A model generated the notes under the pieces. The model saw only the letters and a list, made by a program, of their open reading frames with translations, ran no database searches and was not told the origin of the DNA. A stretch of 64,000 bases of DNA from Chrysomallon squamiferum. Its lineage: Eukaryota > Animalia > Mollusca. Positions within the stretch are counted from its first letter, which is position 1. The number at the start of each line of letters is the position of its first letter. The DNA lies in assembly GCA_012295275.1 (NCBI GenBank), contig CM022665.1, forward strand, positions 13,516,001 through 13,580,000, written 5' to 3'. Shown in pieces: positions 14,496-26,173 of this stretch. The position numbers were made by a program, and so were the translations under genes.

Positions 14496-16253
14496 TGGAA
14501 AGGGAAATAATAGTTTTTGTTTAACAAAATATTTATATAAAATATTTAAATATTAAAAATAAGAAAAATACAAATAAGAGTGAAATAACAGCATGAAAAG
14601 GGAAATGAGCATTATTATTTTAGATTATCATATCAAAATTTTAAAAATTACTTAGATTATAATTTTATTTTGTTTATTATTTTTGTAAATAAAAAAACCC
14701 AAAAATAAAAATTATAAAATATAATAATATTAATAAACAAAGATAATAAATAATTTATATATGAAATTCCATATTTAAAAAATATAATAATAATACAAAA
14801 TCAAAAAAATCTGTCTTCTTCATTAGTCAGAACTAACTAAAGTTGATATAAATGTAAATCTAACATATCTTGTATCTCTGTTGTATTGTCTTTGGCACAC
14901 ATCCATACACATATATGTGTATATATATATATATGTAAACACACAGCACGCTTACCTATTAACAACTGTGCTTTTTGTTATACAGGTGGAAGTTTTCACA
15001 GAAAAAATATTTTTCTCTGAAATTACAAAATTATTTTATTTTTATGATTATAATTATGCCATTTTTTCACATAAATATAAACAAATATAGAAATATGAAC
15101 ACCACAAATAAAATCACAAAATCTACATTCATGCACACACACACAAACACACACATCCATTCATCTTTAAACCTAGTTACTAGATAATACTGTATTATTT
15201 TAATTTTAAAATATTAAAGTTGTTTATGAAAATAAAAACTGAAATGCTGATCTTATATTTTCAGTAAATTCATTTGGTGTTTAAAATTTTCAAATTCTGT
15301 GCATAGTTTCCATATTGTTAATTTAAAAAAAAAAAAATTATTTCTACTAATGCACAAGCTGTAGGGTATTTCCACCAGAATATGTAGAAAAAATAAATAT
15401 GAAATAGAATTGATTACAATTATATATATATTACATATATATATAATCAGTTGATTAGTTTGTGTGTTCTTTATAATAAATATGTTGATATCTTTTCTTT
15501 ACTTCATTACTGGTTTATTTTTATATTTATTGGTACATAAACACAAAAGCTAGTTTGCATTAGTTTATTTTAGAATTCAGTAAAATTCAAATAAAATTCA
15601 GATCATTATCCAATCTATCTGTATCTATATAAAATCATAAAAACTTCAGTGTTACAATGTAATTATTTTGTAAATAAAAATTTAAAACTGAGAAATGTAA
15701 TAAATTATTAATCTGAATAAATGAATTTTTGAAATGTTAGACGGGTGTGTTTATATTAATAATAATAATAATATATATCATTCACATTGTGTGATAACAA
15801 GTAAAATATTACATAATAACAAGTATTTAATCTATATTTTGTTTTTTCTTTTTTTTTCTTCCTGCTTCGAATAAGAAGGCCCTTCTGAGGGTATGTCCAG
15901 CTTTATTATTTCATTTGTTTGTTGTATGTAGCTTTTGTTAGAGGTACAACAAGGCCCAGTAATACTGTCATAATATCTTATTTTAAAAATAGTATGTTAA
16001 AAGATACTAAATTTATTTCTATTTTGATGATTTTTAAACATTTTGATTTGTTTTTGTTTTATTTGTTGTTGTTTTTGTTTTGTTTTTTAGTTCTGTTTTT
16101 TTTGTTGTTTTTTTAATTATTTAAAAAATAAATTATTATAGTACAAAGATTATCTGCTTTAAGTTTAAGTTGAATTTTTAAAAATCTTTGTTAGTTTTAT
16201 TTTTCTGTTTAAAATTTAAATTATCCAGGTGGAATGAAAAAGAGAAAACTAAT

Positions 16254-16296
<43 letters not shown>

Positions 16297-17318
16297 TCAG
16301 GGAGAGAAAAAGATAAACAAGTTAAATGTATTTCATAATTTTATTTTATTATTATTGTTTTTTGTTTTATTATTATAAATTTAATTTAAAAAAAAAAAAA
16401 TTAATTCTTAATGAGTTTATTAAAAGAAAATTAACAGTTATATTAAGGGCACTGTCATACTAAATATTACTATTTTAATCTGTAGTATTGAGTTTGTTTT
16501 AAGTCTCTGAAGTTTGTCAACTAATTTACATAATTATTCTCACCCACCAATAAATATAATATATGTTAGGTAGAAAATTAGTTTAGGAAATAAGTATTTG
16601 GCCTTCAGTAGTAATTAGTTGTTAGGCAATTAAAAAACCAAAACAATTAGTGAAAAAAGAAATTAATATAATATAGCTTTTTCCTTTTATATATGCTATC
16701 ACTTTCCTTCCTCATGTTTTGGAAACTTTTCTGTTGGAGTTATCCTTCTTGAATCTTTCTCATTAATTTTTACGTATGTGTATACTGTATTTAATCTTAA
16801 TATATATATAATATGCAGCTAGTATAATTAACCCATTTGTGTGTTTTAAAAGCAAAATAATATTGTTCTTGTTTTGTTTTTTGTTTTGTGGTTTTTTGGG
16901 GGGGAGTTGTTTTCTGTTTGGTTTGTTTTTATTTGTTTCTTATTTATTAATTACTTACACAATAAATATAATCAATATATGATAAAAAAAACAACAACAA
17001 CAAAACAACACTTACAGTAATGATGTATATAAATATGTAGATATCATTTTACAAACTAGCTTTAGTTGTGAATTTTAAAAACTACAAATGTACACATTAT
17101 TCTTTTCAAATAATAAGATTTACTTGTTTATGATATAAATGCATCCATTATAGCCCTATTTCAGTAACTGAAGTGATGTCAGTTTTAAATAGATTTTTAT
17201 ATTAATTTAATTGCATTATTTTTTTTATAAAGTTGTGAGATTTTAACCTATTAATTCTGGAATTATGTTTTCAGTTTATTATGTCCATTTTTGTAAATAT
17301 TTTCTATATTTATTTATT

Positions 17319-17390
<72 letters not shown>

Positions 17391-20300
17391 TTATTTGTTT
17401 ATTTTTAATCAACTGTCATTATACTCTTTTTTATATAGCATTCATTGATTTAAAAAAATAATAATAGAATAAAATTATTTTCAAAACTCACCTAATATAC
17501 TCTTTATTAGTAGTCCTTCATTTTACTGTGAAAAGATTTTATAATTTATAATTATATATATCCTAGATTCTAACTTGTATATTAATCAACAGCAAGTTAT
17601 TCTGATTTTTTTTTCAATTAATAAATTATATATTATTAAATGTTTAACTTTTTTATAAAAGAAATTATTTTATTTATTTATTTATGATTTGATACTTATT
17701 GACATTGTGTCACAATATCAAATAATTTTTTAAACTATGTCTTTTAATCAGAAATGCATTACTAATCTGAGGTATGTTCTTTCAGGTGATTTAGAAAGAA
17801 TAGAGTACTGGGCCAACAAGTAAGAGAATTTCTTTACCGAAATGCATGACCACACCTCTTTTCCTCTCTATTTCTTTCTCATTCAAAAGTGATATAAAAA
17901 GATCCTTTGTTTATGTGGGTTTTTTAATTATAATAACCTGTAAAATGGCTAATTATATATAGGAATATGTATTTAACATATAGCTAATAACTGCTTGTAT
18001 TGATATATCATTAAGTATATATTTATCTCTTTTTTTTCTTATATGTGTTCTGTGACTACTTATGTCACTCAGTTATGTACTTTTTCTGATGTTATCTGTT
18101 AACTATTTTCCCATTCATTGGAATTATATTTTTGTTAGAGTTATATTAGGTGCTGTGAAGATAAAAATGTAAAAATCTCATTGTTAACTATTGTTTTAAA
18201 GGGAACCAACTCCTGAAGAACATGTAGCTGCTGTGAAAATTCAAAAGGTTTGGCGAGGTGCCAGGGTACGCAAACTGAAACTTGCCAGAATCCAAGGTTT
18301 GTATAATTATATTTGTAATCTTACATATATGATGGAGAGAGCCATATAAATATATTTAAAAAAACCCACAAATGATATAGATGTGGTAACACAGTGCATA
18401 CAAGTTTGATCAAATAAGGACTCACTGCTGATAACATATGCTGTAAATTGTTAATTAATTTACTTTTTTTTTGTTGTTGTTTCAGGTACAGATGAAAATA
18501 ACAAAGCTGTAGATCAGTTACTGAAAGCTTGGGCCATACTTGAGTCTAATGCAGAGGAGGGTGGCCTCTTTTTGTTCAGGTATATCTTTTTTTTTCTTCT
18601 TTTTATTCTGCGATTTTATTTTTAATTTATTTTATTATTACTATTAGTTGTAGTAGTGGCAGTAGTAATAGTAATAGTAGTGGTAACAGTAGCATCAGGA
18701 GCAGTAATATTTGTTTGTATTTGTGTTATTTACTGTTTTTCAATATAATAATAATTACTTTTACAAAGAGTGGTTTCAGGTAAATACAGATTTCATGGTG
18801 AAGTAGTAATAATAATAGTAGTAGTTTTGTTTCTATTTGTGATATTCAATACAGTAATAATTATTTTTACAGAGAGATGTTTCGACTAAATCCAGACATC
18901 ATGCCAAAATATCCATTTTACCAAGATGAATGGAACAAGATCTCGTATGCTGATTACAAAGGCAACTACCCTGAACAACCTTCAGCTACTTGGTTTGTAG
19001 TATTCAGGTGAGTGATTAATACACATTTTTTTACATTACATTCATAATTAATACAATTTTATTTTTAATCGGTAGATTGGTTGCAGTTCACTATATAAAT
19101 TCTCTGTTCAACTGATGAGAAATGTACATCAAACAAAACTTTAAATTAAGTATATTTTAAACGAACTTCTGGCCTGTAAATGTATATAATATGTTTAAGA
19201 CGCAGCTATCAAATTCTGTTATTGCTGACAATGAGAAGATTCTTACAAATATTTCATGCTGATTAATGAGGTAGCAATAGTGTGTTTTCCGCCCTAGTGT
19301 CATCATTAACTTCAAGGAAACATAATATTATGTTAATATATGTTCATTCTTCCATTCATTTTTACAGAGGTTTAAAAAAATAATACTGCCAATTCATATT
19401 ATATAACATTATAAATTTTCTTTATGTGACATAGATATCATCTCAACAAATAAAAGAATAAAAATATTAAAATAATTTTGTCTGTTCAGGGAAATATTCT
19501 ACGTGAAGGAGGAGATGCTAGCAGTACCCAAGCTGTATGTTCCCATAAATACCTGTCTACTACGAGTTGTCAACAATGACACAGGACAAGAGGTTCCAAA
19601 GGTTTTCCAGAAAGTGGCACCATTTGTGTACAAGAAAAACAAGGTTTAACAGAGATTTTCATTTCATTACTACTTATTCTAGGATAATAATCAGAATTAA
19701 TTTTGGAATAGCTATGTTATTTCTTTCTTAACATTACTAATTAAGTTTATTTACTATTATATTTTTTCTTTCTTATATGAGTTTACCAATTATTCTGTAC
19801 AAACTTGTGTATTATTCTATAATGCTGGTATTTTTATTTTTTTATGAAAATGATATATTTATTATAAACAATTACTTTTTCTATGAAGGCTATATTTTTC
19901 TGTTATTCTTGATTTCTAAGTTTAATCCATCTCAAAAAGTCTGTAAAAGCTATTCAGTTATTCTTGATAACTGACCTTTATTTCATTTCACAGAAAGGCT
20001 ATACATTTGTTGCTGAAGCTCGAACCACTGAACAGCCTATCACTGGTGGGATGTGGCGGATGCGAATGATTGGTTCACTCAGTCCATTGCCTGCCCCTCG
20101 AGGCATGGAGGTGAATTCTGCCTTCAGTTCAAGAGAAATTAGAGATTATTACATTCCAAACAACAAAAACCTCATTTTCAGGTAATTCTGTGTACTGACA
20201 AATGTTCATACAGGAAAACATTTCAAAAGACAAATGTATGTATACAAACACATGAACAGATATACAGTTCACACACACACACACACACACATGCACATAT

Positions 20301-23300
20301 ACATACATATACATATATTCACTCAACAGACACCTTTATGCAATGAAATACATGTATACACATTATGTTTTCTTTATTTCTTTGTTAATTGTTATCATGG
20401 GTATATATATCAACATTTTTCTTTTTTTTTCATTTGCACATGTGAGTTATATGTATTCGTAACTCAAATATAGCTTAATTAAAATAACTGAGTATTCAAT
20501 ACTTCACTCTATCTAATATTATAGGTGTACTATAAATATTTTTTTGATTTTTGTCTTTATTTGCATGTAGGTATTCAGTAAAGGTATCAGATGAACATTT
20601 GGCCAGTATTCAGGTGGGCACTTCCAAACATGATGTCTACATCAAACTACAGATTTTTGACCATGAAACAGAGTGTATAAGTGGGGTTGGCAAAGGCCAC
20701 ATTGTCATTCCAGCTTTCATTTTTCGTAAAGATTACAACCCTGAAGAACCTGAAACCAAACGATCAAGTTCCAGATCTTGTTAGTACAATTTCTTCAGTT
20801 AAACATCTGATACATCCATCCATCCATTCAATTATATATCTATCCATCCATTTATCCATCCATCCATCCATCCATCCATCCATTCAGTCATTCATTCATC
20901 CATTCATTCATTCATACATCCCATCCATCCATTCATCTGTCCATCAGTTCATTTCTGTATTTGTGGATTAATAATCTTACTTTTAAGAAAATTGTTTTTG
21001 AATATATTGTGAATATTTGTAGTGAATTTTAATAAAAAGAATACTACATTTATGTACATCAAGCCAGTGAAGTTGATGAGTATGTTTTATTCATTGTTAA
21101 ATTGCAGCAGCCCGAGGGAAGTCAAGTCAGACAGCTTTGAAGTCCAAAGTAACTGTGTCTGCCAGAAGTGATGGGAGATCTTCTGTGAGTTAATATTTGT
21201 ATAATAAAATTATAAACCAAAGAATTTTATTTTATTTTATTTTATTTTATTTTTTTATATAAATACATAAGCATATAAATATAACACAATAATAATAATA
21301 GTAATATTAAAATGAGGCAGAGATATAATAAACAGAAGCAGAAAAAGAGATAAATAAAGGATATTGAAAGAGAATACCAAAATATTTTATAACTCATATT
21401 TTAAACAGGTATAAAAATAACCTCTTCATCATTTTTTTTAGACTATATTTTATATATAATTTTTATTTTATAGAGAAGCAGTGAGCGATCCCAGTTCAGT
21501 GAGGAGCTCGAAGAAGTAGATACAAAGGTGTGTAAATGTATTTATTTATTTATTTATTTAATGTATATAATAATTCCATGTAAATGAAAGGCAAAAATCA
21601 CAGATGATTAATTAGAGATTTAGTTAATGAATGTATGTAGGAATCTTATTTTTTTTTATTAACATGAAGTAATTAATATAAATAAATAGTTACAGGCAAA
21701 TGTACATAAATTTGACTGCTAATTTATTGTCTTTTGCAGCCTCACAAGTACATTATTCAAGCGACAGTACTGAAAGACAGCTGGCCTCTCTCAGAAAGTA
21801 ACTGGACATTTGTACAGATGTTGAAAGAGATGGAGAAAAATGAACTAAAAGGTTATTAAAACAATTAAATATTATCATTATAAAATTAGTGTTTTTAAAA
21901 ATATTAATAATGTTTGGAGTTACGTTATTTAAGAGAGAGCTTTTGATGTGATGTGTAACAGGGTTGATCCTGTGCCCAAGGAGTTAATTCATATTCCATC
22001 ATAGATAAACAGAAGGAAAATGTGTTGACTTTGTGTTTTCCACTGTGATATAAACATCTCAAAATGACCAACAGCCCATCAGCATAGTTTAGAAGGTAAT
22101 GGCACAGTGGTAACTAACAAATAATCCAATGGATTGGTGACTTTGGGTTTTCTTTCTCAATACAACATAAAAGAAAACCATATAAATAGTATTTGGCCTC
22201 TAATTACCTTTAAACTAAAATACATTATTACAGTTTATCAAATATTAATTAATTTGTTTCTTCAACATTTTATTTGCAACATATATTTTTATTCTCTTTC
22301 AGTTGCTTACAAGGAAAGAGCACCTTCTCCGCCAAAAGAAAAACAACAGATATCCAACCCTAAGTTAAAAGCAGGTGCTAAGGGAGGCAAACCTGAAAAG
22401 GGAGGTAAAGAAAAGGACAAGGGGGGTTCTGGGTCACGTCCAGGGTCACAACAATTTGACTTCACAAAACCTCACTGGATTCTGAGAGTGGTCAGTGATC
22501 AGGCAGGAGCTGTAAGTAAAAATTAATTTATTTATTTTCTTCTAATTAATGGACTTATGTTCACTGATTTAACAGTTTTAGGAAATGACTGGTGTTCAGC
22601 AATAAAGAGCTTGTTTGAGATGTGATGGTAGTGAGCTGTCAGTAAAAATGAATTAAATTATTTTATTAATTACTTGAGTATTTTCATCTCAAAAACAAAT
22701 TTAGTTAATTTGTTCAGTTTTATTAAACAGTCTGTTATTTAGTGGTAAACAGCATGTTTGAGAGATCAGCATGTATATGCGAGATCAGTCCTTCCTCAGT
22801 GTGATTACAAAATGGTTTTCTTTTCTGATAATCTGTCTAGTAAACATCATTATTACAATTGTTAATTCATAACCATTAGTTTTTAAAATTTCCATTAATG
22901 ATTTCAAAAAGTCAGTTGACTGATTTGATATTCAAAAATAATTATTTCCTATATTGTTACTTTAACAGGCTGGTCATAAATGTGTAAATATTTTAATCCA
23001 AAGGATATTAATGTTCCTAAAGATACAGAAATTAGATTCTAAATAAATTTTTATATTCCTATAAAACAAAATATTAACTAATTTCATTCAAGAAGATGTT
23101 GATGCCTTAGCAGAATATCTCAAATTAATTTTTATTCTGTACAACATGTAAAATCAAATACTTTTGTATTTAGGATGATATTGAAGTTCGTAAAGACACA
23201 GAAAGAGCAGATGAGATTCGAGCTATGAAGAAAGCCTGGGAGGATGCTGAACCAGGCAGAGCAGCAAAGGTAACCAGATCAGTCACATCTTCTTTTGATG

Positions 23301-25676
23301 GCAATATATATTATTTTCCTAAAATTAAGTAATTCATATGCAAGTAGCAAGCCTAACTAATCTGAGGAATGCTAATCAGACTGTGTGATATGGTTACAGG
23401 CTCAGCAATCTCGACTGCAGTATCTCAGCACACACCTGATAAAAGTCCAGCCAGAGGAGGAAGCAAAGGAAGAAATTCCTCTGGAGGAGCAAGCATCTGA
23501 ACCAGATTCTCAGCACAATGCACCAACACCTTTATCACTACCTCCTGATCAACAAGAATCAGAAGCTGTTCTGACCCTGGAACCACCCCCACAACCAGTT
23601 AAAGAATATCTGCAGCCTTTTGACCCTACACCATTCATTAAGTGAGTTCAGTTTAAAGTTTTTGATATTTAATAATGCCAAATATATTATTTATTTTTTA
23701 AAAGCATTTTCACATATTGTAAATACTTAACAAAATTGCTTTTCTGTTTTTAAAATCAATACAACAGGTATTGCTTCAGTGTTACGGTTAACATTTCATC
23801 TCTGTGTAAAAGTGTACATGTGTGTTATGTATATACAGATGGATGGGCCATTGTAAAGAGAGAATGGAGAGGGGATGGGGAAGTCATAGCAGTGGTTATT
23901 ATAAATAAATAATAACCAATGTTTTTTTTAATCATTTTAGTATCAAGATATTCACTGATTCATCACTTTGTGTATTACTTCTATCTTCTTTCCTCGACTG
24001 CTTCTCTATTTCATTCATTGTATTATTCACTGTGATTACAGGAAGACATTGGACAGATACATTTACCTGGATCAGGAGGAGATGCAGAGAAGACTGGAGG
24101 AAAGACAGCAGGAAATTCAGAACTACAAGCAGTTCAGAGAGAAAGTTGAACGCTGGCGAGAAGAGGACAAACAGATTCGCAACACTACCAAGATCAAACA
24201 ACTTGATATGTGTGAAGAACTGCAGGTATAAATAATTAGTATGGATTATTAATTACAGGTAAAGGGTAGGATAATTTATTATTAATATACTTGATGTACT
24301 GCCTCATCACATAGTTGGACTAATAATTAAAAACTGATCTGATGGGTCACAGAATCAATACATTTGTCTGTTCTATATCATTTGAACTACTGTACTATGA
24401 TAGGTTATCAAATGCCAAAAATAATTTTACTCTTCATAAAATATGCATTGCTACTAAACATTACGAACAATCCATAAGATGATATCCATCCACAAGAGTT
24501 TCATTTTTATTTTATTTTCTGTGTTTGTGTTACCCTTAATCAAGAAATACATGATTGACCCCTAACAACAGTTAATATTAACATTTATTAAAATAATGAT
24601 AAGGATAGGTAGCCTAATATTTATCTGGTAAATGGCTGGGTTTGTTTGTTTTAATTTATATAAATATTTTCATTTCCTTCTTAAGGACAACAAAACTAAT
24701 AATTTATTATTTATTTATTTTTCTTTTTTTTCTCCCTTTCCCAATCCATCTCTCTCTCTACCTTATTCTGGCCTGCTTGTTTTATAGGCCGCTTTAGATC
24801 AGTGTCGAGAAGAGTACAATATTTCTATTGACAAATATCGCAGAAACTGCATTACTGTCCAAGACTTTCTCCAAGAGTTTGAAAGTGATTCCATTCAGTC
24901 CATCCATTCTTCTGAACTTATGTTTATAGATTAAAATTTTATCTCCCCTTTTAATTTATTTATTTAAGTTATTATTATTAATTTTTATTTATTATTTTTT
25001 TTATATATACATATATATTTTTTGTTCAATATTGTATACATACCAATGCTTCTCAAACCAGTCCTTGTACAATTACATTCTTTTAATGAATTTGGACACC
25101 CCTCTGAATCATTATGAGAGTATGTAAAATCTTTATAATGATTATTTTGAGAATTAACCAATTAAAAATTAACATATATAAAGTAAAATGTAAAATTGTT
25201 ATAATTCACTTTTGTGTCAGTCCAGTTTGAAAAGCATTGTTTTAGATGAATACATTTTTAGATTCAGAAAATTTGTCTTTGCCCATTAAATCAACATCCT
25301 TAGTACTACAGTTTTAACAAAGTGTTTACTAACACAAATTCCCTTCTAACAAATCATTTGTATCATTACCAAATATAGTAAAGATGTCCTCCTTCAGATT
25401 TATTTTGTTTCAGATGTTTTTTGTTAATACATTAGACTGATTAGTCATTGTGATTAATTACAATATTATTCTTCTTTTTTTTCTCTAGCCCTAAAGTCTT
25501 ACCAAATTGGCACTAAAGGCCAAATATTGCTTTGATTTTGGTTGCAGATATTTAAATATAAATTTATTTTGATACATCTTGTGTCATTAAACTAAATTAG
25601 TTTCCATATGATGTAAATCAGAAAATGTTGGCAGTCTTGAAATTCAGCATGACATTCAAAGTAATCATCTTGCATA

Positions 25677-25722
<46 letters not shown>

Positions 25723-26173
25723 TTTAAATTAAATAGGACGTTTTCATATTATTTCTCATGTTTTATTCATTAAGATGTTATTCTTGACAACATTTTCTGA
25801 TTTACACTATTTTACTAGATGTGATTATCTTTTATGCATAGATCGTAGTACATTTCATTGCAGGTTAATGTCTGCTCTGTGGCATCCACTTTATTTTTGT
25901 TGTATTCTCCAGTAAATTCCTCCTTAGTTACCCTTAGTTTGTTTTACCCTTCCCTTCATTTCTTTTAATACTCAGGCTGCTCTAGATGCACTTCGAGACT
26001 CAATCAATGAACCAAGGGAAGCTTTTCGACAGAAATATTTGGAAGCAGAAAGGCAGAGGCTAGAGGAGATTGCAGCTCAGATGGCTGCCCTGAAAGCTGA
26101 ACAAGAAGCAAAATCACCCAAAGGTCGAAAAAGTGCAAAAGGAAAGAAAAGTCCAAAGGGAAAGAAGAAGTAA
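603..26173 (+). CDS. ADGB: Androglobin (calpain-like / circularly permuted globin / IQ chimeric protein), 5'-partial, multi-exon
   Basis: Frame-consistent GT-AG exons: 603-804, 1211-1274, 3875-4012, 7887-7923, 8400-8567, (9233-9253), 9452-9608, 10242-10356, 10966-11139, 12054-12195, 13928-13984, (15876-15890), 17786-17819, 18202-18296, 18486-18579, 18873-19007, 19490-19643, 19994-20181, 20571-20779, 21108-21184, 21474-21527, 21740-21851, 22303-22511, 23174-23269, 23400-23641, 24042-24225, 25976-26173 (TAA). Peptides match remembered ADGB motifs: [124 protein letters not shown]. The N-terminal calpain domain lies upstream of the window. Confidence 0.93.
1057..1110. repeat. (TG)n microsatellite
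   Basis: Visible dinucleotide run. Confidence 0.95.
6907..7167. mobile_element. hAT-type non-autonomous DNA transposon (MITE), 261 bp, in an ADGB intron
   Basis: Perfect 15-bp terminal inverted repeats CAGTGGTGTGCAGGG / CCCTGCACACCACTG and a perfect 8-bp target-site duplication TGAGGATG (6899-6906, 7168-7175). 8-bp TSDs are characteristic of hAT. Confidence 0.88.
7924..8399 (+). other. ADGB: U12-type (minor spliceosome) GT-AG intron in ADGB
   Basis: 5' splice site GTATCCTTT at 7924; branch site TCCTTGAC at 8382-8389, 10 nt before the end of the AG; no polypyrimidine tract. Splicing restores HYLFVDSLKP. Confidence 0.9.
10966..12195 (+). CDS. ADGB: ADGB globin helices E-H (exons 10966-11139 and 12054-12195)
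   Basis: [23 protein letters not shown]...[10 protein letters not shown]...HHFE|[10 protein letters not shown]...FAIRALVFD. Proximal His F8 codon at 11089-11091. The phase-0 intron at HFE|IF corresponds to the ancestral globin G7.0 position. Confidence 0.85.
11458..12028. mobile_element. Tc1/mariner-superfamily (Tc2/pogo-like) MITE, 571 bp, in the globin G7.0 intron
   Basis: TA|CCGTATATACTTGTGTATAAGTCGA ... TCGCCTTGTACACAAGTATATACGG|TA: 25-bp imperfect TIRs with a TA duplication. Internal TCGACTTATAC repeats near 11520, 11930 and 11987. CpG-rich relative to the host intron. Confidence 0.85.
17322..17388. repeat. (ATT)n microsatellite
   Basis: Visible trinucleotide run; similar runs occur near 10450, 14450, 31650, 37865, 42700, 44905, 57435 and 59560. 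Confidence 0.9.
18202..19007 (+). CDS. ADGB: ADGB IQ calmodulin-binding motif followed by globin helices A-C (permuted half)
   Basis: Exon 18202-18296 encodes [16 protein letters not shown] (IQxxxRGxxxR). Exon 18486-18579 encodes [22 protein letters not shown] (helices A-B). The phase-2 intron LFR|EMF matches globin B12.2. Exon 18873-19007 encodes [15 protein letters not shown] (C helix and CD corner). Confidence 0.88.
20813..20945. repeat. (ATCC/ATTC)n tetranucleotide repeat
   Basis: Degenerate catccatcc / cattcattc run after exon 20571-20779. Confidence 0.85.
24788..24934 (+). CDS. ADGB: Candidate alternative terminal exon of ADGB (paralog of exon 25976-26173)
   Basis: Long polypyrimidine tract and ttttatAG acceptor, phase 0 like the donor at 24225. 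Encodes [48 protein letters not shown], versus [19 protein letters not shown] in the distal exon. Confidence 0.65.
   Translation, partial: AALDQCREEYNISIDKYRRNCITVQDFLQEFESDSIQSIHSSELMFID

Noticed and set aside
17752-17771. Apparent microexon ending TCTGAG|GTATGT
   Set aside because: 20 nt (frame-shifting) and only 14 nt from the next acceptor, too short for an intron.
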